In this document: piece by piece, positions 23,599 through 36,195 of the stretch | Layout: the number at the start of each line of letters is the position of its first letter | Numbering within the stretch: the stretch's first letter is position 1 | From: Octopus vulgaris | Taxonomy: Eukaryota | Direction of reading: 5' to 3' | DNA: 64,000 nucleotides | NCBI GenBank assembly: GCA_951406725.2 | Contig: OX597827.1 | Coordinates: forward strand, 55,428,001 to 55,492,000 | Notes under the pieces: model-generated | Told to the model about the DNA's origin: nothing | Database searches by the model: none | Seen by the model: only the letters and a program-made list of their open reading frames with translations | Program-made: the position numbers and the translations under genes

Positions 23599-26500
23599 CT
23601 CTCACACATACGTTTTAAGTGCAAGCTTTTTGTATGGTCCTCCACTTGTTTCCCTGATTACTTTGAGCATCCACAAGTAAGCACATTATTGTAGGTATAT
23701 GTTGGCACTTTATTGGCAGCTATCAAACTGTTGAGAATTATCTGTTTTGGAAATACAATAGGCAATTACTTTGGTTATAAGTAGACATTCCTCCTCATCA
23801 TCATCATTTAACATCTGCCTTCCATGCTAGCATGAGTGGGATGGTTTGACAACAGCCTGTCAGGCAGAAGCCTGCACCAGACTTCTGTGACTATTTTGGC
23901 AGGATTTTTACAGTTGGGTACCCTTCCTAACACCAACAACTCAGCAGAGTGGACTTAATGCATTTTACGTGGCACAAGCACAGGTGAGATCAGTTTTGGC
24001 AAGGTTACCGAAATATAAAGCACGTTGTTACCGAAATGCAATTCGAAAAAGCCCACCATTTACATAGATGTGAACATTTCTATATGCTATGTTGGATACA
24101 ATGGTTGTTCGTCTGGTATGTTGATTTTGTTCATTCATTATAAATCTTGAATTATGCTTGCACTGATGAGTAAAGAGTGCACCACTGCAGCTAAATTCTG
24201 TTTTTAAGTGACTTGCTTCGAGAGTTGCATTCGGTACGATGTGCTTATTTTTTTTTAGTAGTTTTGACTTTGAGTCCCTCCTAGCGTGTGGCATTTATGT
24301 GTAGTAATGCTCTCTATATAATATATATATATAGATAGATAGATGTGTGTGTGTGCTGGTGGAACGTAAAAAGCACCTTCCAAATGTGATTGATACCAGG
24401 GCTGCCTGACTGGTTCCCATGCCGGTGGCACATAAAAAGCACCATCCAGACATAGCCAATGCCAGTGCTCCCTGACTGGCTCCTGTGCTGGTGGCACGTA
24501 AAATGCGCTATCTGAACATGATCGATGCCAGGCCCACCTGACTGGCCCCTGTGCCAAAAGCACCCTACTATACTCTCTGAGTGATTGGCATTATGAAGGG
24601 CATCCAACTGTAGAAACATTGCCAGATCAGATTGGAAACTGGTGCAGCCGCTGGCTTTCCAGGCCTCAGTCAAACTGTCCAACACATGCCAGCATGGAAA
24701 ACGGATGTTAAATGATGATGATATATAAGCTGGCACTCCAGTGGTTATGACAATGAAGGTTCCAGTTGATCCAATCAATGGAACAGCTTGCTCATGAAAT
24801 TAATGTGCAAGTAGTTGAGCACTCCACAGACATGTATACCCTTAACATAGTTCTCAGGGAGATTCAGGGTGACACAGAATGTGACAAAGCTGGTTATTTG
24901 AATTACAAGTACAACTCATTTTTGTCAACTGAGTGGATGGGGGTAACATAAAATAAAGTGTCTTACTCGAGGACAAAATGTGCCACTGGAATCGAACTCA
25001 TGTCCTTATGATCATGAACTGAATACTACTAAGCTCACACACAACAGACTTCCACACAGTTGGCATCTACTAAATTCATCCACATGGTTGGTTTGGGTCT
25101 ATATTAGAAGAGGTGCTGTGTAGCAGGACTGAATCTAAAACCATGTGGTTGTAAAGTAAGCTTCTTAATCACACAGTCAGGACTGTGCCTTTATAGAATA
25201 ATGTTTAAGACTCAATTAAATACCAGCAATGAGAACTCACAGCTCTATCTAGAACAGATACAGAAAATGTTTTTTAGATGGAATAAAAAAAAAATTTGAA
25301 AATATGAATTTATAATCTACACCCGTGGCTTTCAACCAGGGTCCATGTGGCCCTTGGGTGGGGTCCATATAAGATTTTGTTAAATTTATCTGCAATAAAT
25401 TTGTTATACTTTCACAATTCACAAAATATATATATATTTTTTTTAATACAATTCCTAATAATATTTAATTATAAAAATATCATTTTTTAAACATTGAATT
25501 GCTGGGAGAGTCCATCCGAGTAAAATAAAAATCAAACGGGTCCATTGGTAAAAAATGATTGAGAACCGCTGATCTATGCAATAACCAACTAACAACTCAA
25601 CCGTTCTTTTTCTAATTAGTGTAATTTTCTCATAACTTAGCAAAAAGAAAAATATATTTTAATCAAGTGTTCCTGAATAAGGTGCCAAATACATATTTTT
25701 TATATTCTTATTTACTTGCTTAACCCTCTAGCATTTAAACCGGCTATATCCGTCCCAAATATTCTACCTGTGTTATACTCCAACCAACCAGATCCAGCCT
25801 ATCACACTTACTCTCTAATGCCATTGTAAAATATGCAACCATATCATCAAAATTTCGAAGTCACAAAATAATGCATGATTAATTGAAAGCAATGTGAATG
25901 TAGAAGCATTACATTGGACTGAATAATCTGAAAATGCTAAAGGGTTTTAAATACCACACCTGTCTTCAATGTGTTTACATGTCACTCTAAGAAAAACAAC
26001 TTAAGAGCTTTGGATATTGGGGTCATTTGCTTATGTTTTGTGATCAAGCTTGTTTATTTTTCTTTTTATGTCTTACATTATTACAATTAATTGTTTATTC
26101 ATGTATTACAGAGTTCCAATGATACATTTCCGACTGCAATGCACATAGCTGTTGCTGCTGAAATCCACCAGCATTTATTACCTGCCCTTCATAAATTACA
26201 CGAGTCTCTCAAAAACAAATCTAATGAGTTTATGGACATTATCAAAGTAGGACGTACACACACGCAAGTAAGTTATATACCAATAATTTTATCCATGTAC
26301 ATTGCATGTATATATATATGATGATAGCTTCATCTTGACTTATGATAACCCTCCCATTAATACACAATACAATCCCTCTGTTGGTGAGCCCTCAGATGGC
26401 TTTTGAGACTAGCTCCTGACTGACAGTGTTTAAAACACAAGTGACAGATATTATTCATCTTTGCCCTTTAGAATCTGAATCTGAAGGAATGTTTTTATGA

Positions 26501-29500
26501 ACTAGCATATGTCTTTTAAGTCCAGATATTGTCTTACAAGTTTTGTGATATATGGCAATTACATATATATATATATATGATAGTATTACTATCAAACAAC
26601 AAAATATAGTTACGCCATATTTCTATCGTGAAACTGCCCAAAGCACCTTTTACACAAGGGCACTTTGCAAAACAAACATATATATTAGTTCTTGACCTGA
26701 TATCCTTTTGCAGTTTTGCAAAACAGTCTGCAAACTTTTTTCCTTCCATTTATTTTTTCCACTTTATGGAAGTCAATATTTTCTGTTGATGTCCACTTCA
26801 GTTAATCTTGCTTCTCTCTCAGTTCTGTACTTTCTAGAAGAAAAGCCCTCACGTAACTGAGATGCGATGTCAACCCAAAATTTTTAAATGGTCATAGTCT
26901 TTTGGTGGCTATTTACATAAACAGTATATGAATCAACTATAGTTAGACATAACGCTGGAGATATATGGATCACCATACCTTACATCTGGACTCCAGTAGT
27001 TAAAAAAAAAAACTTCAGTAAAATAAAAATAAATAGTCCAATGGTTGAGCATCGGGAGGTAGATTGTGTTGTGGCCTAGTCTTTTCTGTGAAATCGGGAA
27101 CTATGGTTGATGTGATAATCTTCAACAATGTTGCCATAATGTTTTCAATATAATTTTCATCACTTTTATTATCAAAATCTTCCTCTCACAATGAAGATCC
27201 ATAAATATCAATATCAAATTTGTCCAAAGACAAATCACAGTTGTGTTCATTTATATTTTGGACATCATTAAGAGTAAAATCTTCAAAGTCAGAATTGCTA
27301 CTTGCTGACACCCTATCGTTGGAAACTAAGATATACACTTCTCTTCAAATGTTGAAAAAAAAAGACCAAGAAGTCTAAAAAATTTCACAGTATTTTTACT
27401 TGAAAGATAAAGGCTTTATCTTGCATTATCTCAAATCTACTAGAATTCAATAACGTGATTTATTTAATTATTTAGTGATTTTGTAGAGGAATCAGATATT
27501 GCTAGATTTGGCTGGTTCAAACAAATAAAGGGGAATTATTTTCGGCCAGTCTAAACACGAAAGGGTTAATACCACTACCCAGAACTGTTTCCCTTGATAT
27601 ATGTCCCTCACCCTTAATACTGTCCTCCATTCTCACATCCTCTCCACCACTGTTTCTCACTCCCCCTGTGTTACACCTGCCCCTTTCTTCCCCACACTCT
27701 CACAACCTACTCAACTACTCATCATCCCTCTCTCTCTCATCCTTCCTCTGTCTACTATATCTCCTGTATCTGTTCTGTAACTTCTTACTCCACATTTTTA
27801 TTCACCTCTCAACCTTAGCCTATCTCTTGCATTTGTCACCTATTCTTCCCTACTCATCCACTCAACACTTGTTCTTTATTATAGTCACCACCTCAACCAT
27901 TCCCTATCTCTGACTCTGCCATACATTCACACATCCTTTACCCATCCACACTTCTAGTTCTTTTGCCCTGTTCACTTTTAGTCACTTTGTATTTTGAGGG
28001 TTCACAAAAACACCTTATCACTATTTTTATCTCTTCCCAGCTCCACCTGATCACTCCCACCCTCTCTTCCAAAATGCGAGTACCCATGTAGCCCCTCTGT
28101 AGCATGAAACTTGCCCTGCAACTAATTTTGAGCTGTGCATTTTTATATTTTCACACATCTTTTCTTTCTTTACTGTTTTACACCTGTTTTCCTCCCTGCT
28201 TATCAAAGGGAGGAAGGCACACACGCAAATTTTGCTGTATGATTATGTTTTTATTGTTCAAATGTTATTTTGCAGGATGCAGTACCCTTAACACTTGGAC
28301 AAGAGTTTAGCGGATATGTAACCCAGTTAGCTAATGGAATTGAACGCATCAAATCAACTATGCCAAGATTATATCAGCTAGCCATAGGTTTGTTAGATAT
28401 CTTTATAAATTCCAATAGCTCGAGTTGGTCTCTTTTAAAAAATTTTTTTATTAACATCATCATTCAGTAATAACTGAACATTTTGTTGTTGACTCTCTTG
28501 CAGGTAGAACATTTCATTCACCAATGGTACAGACAGAGGGACATTTTGGTCATCTTTTCATAGCTCATTGTCAAACATTCTCCTATTGGTTGATTTTTTT
28601 TCTTTTTACTTCAGTAATTTGATTGTGGCCACGCTGGAGCACCACCAAATATTGCATGTTAACTTGTTGAAGCATCCATGTATTCCTATAGAATTCCAGA
28701 CTGTGGCCATGCTGGGGCACCACCAACTATTGCATGTTAACTTGATGAAGCATCCATGCATTCCTGTAGAATTCCAGTGATTTTCACATCATTATGTTAT
28801 ATAATTTATAGCTTTAAATGCTCAAAAGCAACATGAGTGGTTCATATTGTTTGCTTGCAAAAAGGGAGGTCTTCAATCAGTGTAGAGAGAAATGTTTGAT
28901 ATCTCCAAAGAGTCGAACAGTAACAATGACAGCCTAGGTAATGGAAATGATCTTAATTTGTTCTTTGTATGCAGACAATAGAGCTGAATCTAGTTGTGGA
29001 AATGAGTTACATGATGGTGATACTTCTGACAATGCAGATGCTGGATACATGTGACTTGAAAACTGATTAACCCCACATCTTATAAAGGATTTTGTAGGCC
29101 AAGGTGGACCTAGATAGACACTAACTAAAACTACGTCTGTTGATTATTTTCATAATTCTTTTTGGCTTCTGTTGGTGCTGGGTTTTTTACTTTGGGATCA
29201 TCTTGTGAAGGAAACCAAAAATATATTTCACCTGCTGTATATAGTGTTTCCCAACCTATTTTCACAAAAATACTCCACTGTAACTTTCCAAAAAAATGTA
29301 ATCCCCCACTGGTGGCGGGTAAAAAAATAACTTATTTTTAATATTTGATAATTATATATTTTCCTTAAAGAAATATCCACACCAGGGCACTAGAATAACA
29401 CTATACTGTAGCAAACAGTCTTCACACAGTATGCTTGGCTGGAGGGATTGGTTTGGCTAGGTTGAGTATAAGTGTAGAATGTTAGCTGTGAAAAAAAGAT

Positions 29501-32500
29501 TTTCACAATTCCATATTCCATTAAAAATAAATAAGAAAAGAGAAAAGAAAAAATTTTGGATTCCATGCCCCATGTTGGGAATCACTTGTATATGATATGT
29601 GGGACCACTTCAAAAATGTCCCAGAATTCTGTGGCAACCGTTGACACTTGAAAAACTATGAGCATTTGTCGGTTTGATTTTTGAATATGGGTACTCGTCC
29701 CTCATGCCAGTGGCACTTTAAAAGCACCCACTACACTCTTGGAGTGGTTGGCATTAGGAAGGGCATCCAGCTGTAGAAACTCTGCCAGATCAAGATTGGA
29801 GCCTGGTGCAGCCATCTGGTTTGCTAGTCCTTAGTCAAATCGTCCAACTTATGCTAGCATGGAAAGCGGACGTTAAACAATGATGATGATGATGTACATA
29901 AAACACACTCCATAGAGCAGTACTAGAGCACATTTTCTAAAAATTATTTGCCTATGTCACAAGGGTTTAAAAATATTATCTACTTATTAAAAGGTTAATA
30001 TCCAGGTCAGTTCTGATCAAGCATACATATGATTAAAGGAAGTTTTGCTGTGACCATCTTGTCTTATGTTCCAACACAGTTTATCTAGGACTATATTATT
30101 ATATAGTTATTATTATTATTAGTAGTAGTAGTAGTAGTAGCAACACTGATGCTGATATTAGAATAATATGTAGGTAAATTTTTATTTCTAATTTTACTTA
30201 CCTTTGCTGCTACTCTTAGCAGATTTATCAAATAAAGATAGAAGCTTTCTCATAGGCTCAACCATTTTTTCCTAAAGTTAGGATTAAGTTGTTTAATGAA
30301 TACATAACTAGGATGGGGAAATATGTAAGATATTGATAGAGTAATCCCAGGTATTACATAAATGCCATTAAATTTAATTTGATCATAATTTCACCACAGA
30401 TTCCTGAAACAGCTGGTGCTAAATGGATAGCAATGGCAGTTTATAGGTGATTTGAATTCACAAAAACACTCAATGTTTTCGTCATATTCAGTTATTAGCT
30501 GTATCACACTAAAGAAATTGAAAGTTAAGTGCCTTTGCAAAAGATACAGTGGCAGTGAGACAAGCTGTTTAGCTTTCTTAGTGACTCCAGCAGCTAATGC
30601 TCACTCCACATAAGTGAAATACTCAAAGATGGTCTTTGTTGATTTTCTTAAGAGTACTAGTGATACAAGGGAAATCTGTACAACCAAGAATTAGTTACAG
30701 ACTAAACTTATGAGTAGCTTATCTCAATTAAGCAAGCTTCTCTATTTTTCCCCAAGTTAGTACAGGTAATTCAGATACTGGAGATTTCTTCTTGCTCTTC
30801 AACCTTCTACTAAACATAATACATTACCATATTTTATGTCATATACTAACCAATGTTCTGCAAAAGTTACTGCACACATTTATATTCTAGTATGTCCTTT
30901 CCGTTTTTAGCATATCCCAATTGATTTTTTTAAAGATCTATTTTCATATCTGATCCATCTTCTCTGTCCACTATTCCTGGGAAAGTTGTTGGGGTAGTCT
31001 TCAAGCACTTCCTCCATAGGGTCCTATCAGAAGCAATCATCATTAGACTTTCCAGTTAGATTCCCAAGCACAACCAACTGAGACTATGAATATAATCCAG
31101 CCATTTCATTCTTGGTCTACCCCAAGTTCTCCTGCTGATTGGCTCAACATGAATGATCTGTCTTGTGATTTTTTTCTTGCTACATCCTGCTAATAATATG
31201 TCGAAAGTCCTGGAGCTGTGGCTTCTGAATATGGAGAAGTAACAGCTTAACCTACCTTTGCTTTTATTTCATCCAATAAGCATTTTTTAAATCTGCAATT
31301 TATTTATTTTAACAAGGTGGCACAGCTGTTGGAACTGGAATAAATACAAGAATTGGATTTGCAGAAAAAATTGCTTCTAACATTGCTGAAATTACAGGTA
31401 AAATTTTATAAAACTCTAAGTTTGGTTCCTTATGTGGCAAATATTTTCCATTTGTTTTCATGAAATTTGTCTACTTAAATATATTTTCAATTTTGTGAGG
31501 ATTGTAATTTTTAGAAATGTAATTGGTTGTCTCAAGTAAGATATAAGCTTCTCAACTGGAGATTTCAACCAAGTGTTATATTTAGAAAATAAAAAGGCAA
31601 TATTTGAAAGGACAATTTTGTATGAGTGCTTTTCGATATTTGTCAGTGATTCCAAGCCGATCATGATACAGGCAGTGATTTGTGTTAACAAAATCTCTCA
31701 GTTGTGAAAACATTCTTTTTGTTTACACGTTGCTACAACTTTGTTGTAGAAATGACCGGTGTTACAACACAAACATTTTCACTATTTAGATAGAAAATAA
31801 ATGTGTAAGGAATGACATGTATTGATAGAAAGAAATTTGCTAAATATTCTATATTTAAATGTACTGTACTCTTAACTTTTCCTTTCACAACTCTGTGTGT
31901 TACAGGTTCTATCTTTATATTATTCTTTTAGGGCTTCCTTTCCAATCTGCTCCTAATAAATTTGAAGCACTTGCAGCTCATGATGCACTTGTGGAAGTAC
32001 ATGGAGCTTTAAATGTTGTGGCATGCAGTTTAATGAAAATTGGTAATGACCTACGCTTCCTTGCTTCTGGTCCTCGGTGTGGTTTTGGAGAATTAATTCT
32101 TCCCGAAAATGAGCCTGGAAGTAGTATCATGCCAGGTGAGTGAAATGTATATTGAATTTTTATATTAGATTTATCTTTTTGAATTTTGTGAGCTGATTTT
32201 ATTAGGTAACACAAGCTCACTAGTTGTCCATTGCAGTTATTATATAGTAGCTTTAAACAAGGCTTTCATATGATTGTGACTGGTTCTGTGCTAACAGGGA
32301 TTATGACGCCTGGTGCCAACAACTGATGGTTTTAAGTTCCCAATTATAGTTTTTGTTATATCCTTAAAATGTTAGATTGCTATAACGCCCACTTTGGTAT
32401 ACAGTATACTTATACAACTATTTCTGACTGCCTACTATATACGCCAGTACTTCACGTACTCCTCTTTACTTGCAGTGACTAGGTTATTCCATTCATCATG

Positions 32501-35500
32501 TGAGAAAGGTGTACCATTATTACTAATTCCCTACATCTCCCCTTTTAAGTTTTTCTTAGGAAGTGTCATTTTATTTAGCAATATTTTTTATTCACCCCAC
32601 CTGCCTTTTTTGATTTTTTTTTTCTGTACTATTTAATATTTTTTGTGCTTGGCATCTATTTTCAAGAACTCTGTATGTTTTCTTTTCCTCTCACTTGTAC
32701 ACCTTGGTTCAATCACCTGTAGTGGTGTTGGTATTTGGAATGTATTGAACAACCATTCCATCAGTTCCTCCAACTTCTTGGGTTCACTCTCTACAAATCT
32801 TTTTCTTTCAGTTGGTTCATGTGTCTCTTTTGTATGCCTTTTCTATTTTTTACTCAATACATCATTTTACCTATGCATTTGGTAATTACGCCATCTTCCC
32901 AACTCTGCTTTTCATTCTTGTATGCCCTCATATACACCTTCTCACCAACTTTAAAGAATCTTGCTATGTCATCCCTGGCACTTTTTCTTTCTTGCCAGAT
33001 AGCAATTTATCAAGGACAGATTTTACTTTCCTTGCAAACACCAGCTCTGCTGATGTATTCAGATTTGATATTACACAGTACACTCTTAAAAATTATTGTA
33101 GAGCTACCTCATACGTTTTGCAAGGTTGAAACACAAAAATCAGTCCTGGTAGTATTTTAACTTTAAATGTAGAGGGACATAAGTAAATATCACAAGGCAT
33201 ACTAATAGTTCTGCAAAATAAGTTTCAAGAGAGTTATTCTGAATTGTTTTTGATGTTTTATACCCTAATTATTATCTTCAGTTTTGGGGCTGTGATCTAT
33301 TTTGTTGGTGTCCCTAGTTATGTTCTAAGAATAGAACAGGTGAAATTAAGTACTAAATTGAGCAAGTTAGATTTTGATGACAGACTAGGACAGTATCTTA
33401 CCCTGTAGCTCACTATTCAATTCTTCCCGCATCACAAAGGTCTATAGAGCTGGTTGTCTATTTTGGTTTCAGTAAAGTAAAACAAATTAAATAAATATAT
33501 ATGGCACAAAATTGAACTGCACTGCAAACTAACAAACAATAAACAAAACCACTTGCAGTACCAACCTTGAACTAGATAGGTTTAGTAACTTTCAAAAATT
33601 ATATGACATGCCAACCATTTCAACTAGGTTTGCTTGAGCCAATTTAATCATTATGATTGGTTAGTATAAGGTTGAACGTGCAAGTAAGACACCAAGGAAA
33701 GTTCACAGAGATGCTGAAAACATCATTTCAGTAGTGTGTGGTGTTACACCCAATAATTGTTACTGCATTAAATGCTACAAAGACAATGGTGATGCTCTAG
33801 TTAAGAATTATAGCACACGTGATTAGGAAGAAAATTAGCTTAGATGAGGAGTAGCACAGCTTTGTGCATCACTGATTGCATAGAGCAAGCCATTATGCCT
33901 CATATTCAATACCCTGGAGAAGGCCTTATGGTCTGATGATTGCAAAAAATATCTAGAATAACTGGATGGCTAGGAAGAGCCATACAAGCCATGTACAGAA
34001 ATGCTGTTGACATGGTGAGATTTAGTAATTGGTTTAGTGAGGAGATTAGCATGCAGGTAGGTGTTTCTCAACTCTTAGACCTTGTTTAGTATAGTTCTCC
34101 AGACTATAAAAGAAGAGTTTAAGAGAACTCCTCTGCCTAGTTTTCATATGCTGAAAAGTTGATAGGGATTCCATATAGCATACCCACTGTAAACTATGGG
34201 TGCAGTGGAATCACAGGTAAGCTGAAAGAGAAGAAAAACTTTGTAGCAAATGCACAATAATGGTTAGCAGTTAGAGAACCAATGAAACAACTCTTTTCAA
34301 ATGTTTAAAAGGCTGCTTTGAAGTTTAGTTGGTAGTTTCTGTTATGTAGGGGACCTAATTAGTAACAGAGGAGGGTGTTCCAAAAGCATAGTAGCCAGAG
34401 AAAGAATCAGGTAACAAAAAATTCAGGGAGCTATTACCTCTACTGGCAACAAAGGGATTCTCTTTCCAAAGCAAATTGTATGATGCTTGTGTGTGATGTT
34501 GCATGGTAGTAAAACATAGGCATTCAATTTGGAGTATGTGCGAAGGCTGTAAAGAAATGAGACAAACTTTACACATCCATTGCATGTGTAATGTTAGTGT
34601 GAATGAACAATGGAGCACAAATAAGCTTTAAGAAAAGTTGGATGTAAGAGGATTAAGATGTGATGTGCAGGAGAGAAGACTATGGTGTTGGTATGTGATA
34701 CATATGAGGGATCCTGTAGAACAGTGGTACTTAACCTTTTTCATCGTCTTACTCTGCCAAGCCTTTCATAACAAATTTTGTAATGGTCTTGGGACACAAA
34801 GCACCATGGGAGTCACAGAGCAGGAGCAAAGCACATGCAGTCATGATGCCACTAGCAACTGCAATGCAATACCGTAATTACATGAAATAAATTACTTTCT
34901 CCCAAACCTTCCGTGACCCCAAGGTTAAGAACCACTGCTGTAGAAGGAAAAGTGGTGAAAAGGGCAATTGCAAGATAATTAAACCTTAAAAGCGATGCAA
35001 GTGTTAAAATGCTGTTCTGAAAAGCTGTCAAAACCATGCAGGCATGGGAAAATATGTAAAAATAATCATCATCATTGTTTTTACATTCACTTTTCTTTCA
35101 TGCTGCATAGGTTGGATGGGCTTGAGGCAGTATTCTATGGCCAGATGTTGTTCTTGATGCCAACATTTCCTTCTTCAAGTAAGGAATTTTATTCCACATC
35201 TTTGCATTTTGAATCACTGAGTTAGTAAACTTTTCTTTATGGACATACACCAGGGGAGCTATGTAGGTGACACTTGCTCAAGGCACCATACAGTGGGATT
35301 GAACCCAAAACGAAGTTGTAGCAAAGCAAACTTTTTAAGCACACCACCACCACCACCATGTACTCACCTATTGACGTTGTGTTTTCTATTTTCAGGTAAA
35401 ATCAACCCTACGCAGTGTGAAGCCATCACAATGGTGGCTGCCCAAGTTATGGGTAACCAGGTTGCAGTTACTATTGGTGGCTCAAATGGCCATTTTGAAC

Positions 35501-35820
35501 TGAATGTTTTCAAACCTCTCATTGCACGTAATGTTCTACAATCAATTAGACTCGTTGGAGATGCATGCATTTCTTTCACTGACCATTGTGTTAAAGATAT
35601 CCAACCAAACAGGAAACGCTTGCAATCCAATCTTAACGAATCCCTTATGCTAGTCACTGCCCTAAATCCCCACATTGGCTATGACAGAGCAGCAAAAATA
35701 GCCAAACTAGCTCACCAAGAAGGTACTACATTAAAAGAGGCAGCGCTAAAATTAAATTTTTTGAAGGAAGACCAATTTGATGAAATAGTTCGACCCGAAA
35801 ATATGCTTGGACCAAAATGA
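15135..35820 (+). CDS. FH: Fumarate hydratase (class II fumarase), gene span of the 8 resolved coding exons; 464 aa plus an unresolved first exon
   Basis: Exons join in frame with canonical GT-AG sites; motifs [38 protein letters not shown] and GSSIMPGKINP; ends ENMLGPK*. Confidence 0.97.
15418..15810 (+). mobile_element. RTE LINE 3' remnant
   Basis: [28 protein letters not shown] resembles the RTE C-terminus; catgccagcatgaaaa 3'UTR. Confidence 0.65.
15995..16318 (+). mobile_element. tRNA-derived CORE-like SINE
   Basis: gtggcctagtggttagg head; gtgtccttgagcaagacactt core; 3' module shared with 4155-4538. Confidence 0.75.
18240..18560 (+). pseudogene. Decayed mariner transposase C-terminus and right end
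   Basis: DRPLYVPDF resembles HPPYSPDL; ..[15 protein letters not shown].. and GDYIEK* are typical mariner C-terminal motifs; frameshifted. Confidence 0.7.
19257..19673 (+). mobile_element. Young RTE-associated 3'-end element with internal repeats and (GAT)n tail
   Basis: Four gtggcac.taa..gcacc modules; CpG-rich; ends catgctagcatggaaaacagatgttaaacgatgatgatgatga. Confidence 0.8.
20060..20420 (-). mobile_element. tRNA-derived SINE (same head as 4155, different tail)
   Basis: Reverse complement of ggaggtgcaatggcccagtggttaggg...ctctttcaccacaactttctctcac. Confidence 0.75.
20562..20672 (+). CDS. FH: FH exon
   Basis: ttgcag|GTT...GAA|gtatgt; [37 protein letters not shown]; 111 nt. Confidence 0.95.
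20820..21120 (+). mobile_element. tRNA-derived CORE-like SINE
   Basis: atggcctagtggttgagg head; cttgagcaagacactt core. Confidence 0.65.
21311..21961 (+). repeat. Two Nin-domain SINEs with expanded (ATT)n tails and a compound ATT/GTT/ACT microsatellite
   Basis: SINEs at 21311-21487 and 21525-21766; trinucleotide tracts at 21486-21524 and 21766-21961. Confidence 0.85.
22773..22949 (+). CDS. FH: FH exon
   Basis: ttcag|GTG...CAA|gtaagt; [59 protein letters not shown]; 177 nt. Confidence 0.97.
23232..23459 (-). mobile_element. piggyBac-like ~225-bp MITE (family A)
   Basis: TTAA|CCCT...AGGG|TCAA termini; same family as 25720, 37522, 50183, 55789, 58096 and 13510. Strand is arbitrary, defined relative to the 55789 copy. 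Confidence 0.75.
24355..24722 (+). mobile_element. RTE 3'-end element
   Basis: Repeated gtggcac.taaaa.gcacc modules; catgccagcatggaaaacggatgttaaatgatgatg tail. Confidence 0.75.
24730..25040 (-). mobile_element. CORE-like SINE
   Basis: Reverse complement of the 15995-16318 family. Confidence 0.65.
25323..25571. mobile_element. hAT-like MITE
   Basis: ccgtggctttcaacc / ttgagaaccgctg ends; flanks atctacac / atctatgc; related inverted copy at ~50600-50784. Confidence 0.55.
25720..25948 (-). mobile_element. piggyBac-like MITE (family A)
   Basis: ttaaccctctagcatttaaac...aatgctaaagggtt. Confidence 0.75.
26112..26267 (+). CDS. FH: FH exon (catalytic His region)
   Basis: ttacag|AGT...CAA|gtaagt; [52 protein letters not shown]; 156 nt. 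Confidence 0.97.
26346..27569 (-). mobile_element. Internally deleted piggyBac transposon remnant
   Basis: Right end gaaaggg|ttaa; minus strand has an acidic N-terminus ([14 protein letters not shown]) and a C-terminal Cys-rich motif [17 protein letters not shown] at ~26627-26680; left end tentative. Confidence 0.6.
28276..28387 (+). CDS. FH: FH exon
   Basis: ttgcag|GAT...G|gtttgt; [38 protein letters not shown]; 112 nt. Confidence 0.96.
28624..28777. repeat. 78-bp tandem duplication
   Basis: tgtggcca.gctgg.gcaccaccaa.tattgcatgttaacttg.tgaagcatccatg.attcct.tagaattccag at 28624 and 28702. Confidence 0.85.
28880..29930 (+). pseudogene. Decayed piggyBac-type transposase fragment with nested hAT-like MITE (29242-29587) and RTE 3' end (29700-29894)
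   Basis: Fragments [39 protein letters not shown] match the N-terminal part of piggyBac transposases; the MITE has gtgtttcccaac / gttgggaatcac ends. Confidence 0.55.
30890..31250 (-). mobile_element. RTE-like LINE C-terminal remnant
   Basis: Minus strand reads approximately [13 protein letters not shown]...[14 protein letters not shown]. Confidence 0.5.
31317..31397 (+). CDS. FH: FH exon
   Basis: aacaag|GT...G|gtaaaa; (G)[27 protein letters not shown]; 81 nt, phase 1/1; too short for the ORF track. Confidence 0.95.
31932..32135 (+). CDS. FH: FH exon (signature loop GSSIMPG)
   Basis: ttttag|GG...G|gtgagt; [67 protein letters not shown]; 204 nt. Confidence 0.97.
33900..35070 (+). mobile_element. 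Decayed RTE LINE with nested hAT MITE (34722-34937)
   Basis: [44 protein letters not shown]; MITE TIRs cagtggt.cttaacct / aggttaagaaccactg with perfect TSD ctgtagaa. Confidence 0.7.
35396..35820 (+). CDS. FH: FH terminal coding exon
   Basis: tttcag|GT AAA ATC; [40 protein letters not shown]...[15 protein letters not shown]...[10 protein letters not shown]; 425 nt. Confidence 0.97.
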
Positions 35821-36010
35821 TGGAATTATTAATGTACTCTATAGCAACCTGGTTAAAAACCTTGTGAGGATAGCTCTAACTTTCCCTCCTTGACTTTCAT
35901 AGCCAACCTCTTTTGATAGCTGTTGAGCAAAAGTTGACTACAGATGTAATCACCAAAACAGGATAAAAATCTGATACGGAAAAAAATTGTAAATAGGTTG
36001 AGAAAAAAAT

Positions 36011-36195
36011 AATAAAACAAATGAATTTGATAGTTGACATCTTTTACCAATTTATTTATTTATAAATTCCTTAGCTATAATGGATACTGTTAATTCAATT
36101 TTTGATATTTTGAAATAAACATATGTAGAATATGTACTTGAAATAATGAAATATTTTGTTCATCATAGCAAAGTAGGGGATGTTCATAAAATAAA
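36011..36195 (+). terminator. Candidate FH polyadenylation signals
   Basis: AATAAA at 36011, ~36113 and ~36190; the AT-rich context makes chance hits likely. Confidence 0.35.

Noticed and set aside
35364-35675. Antisense ORFs over FH exons (also 31978-32220)
   Set aside because: They are shadow frames of the real coding exons with no independent signal.
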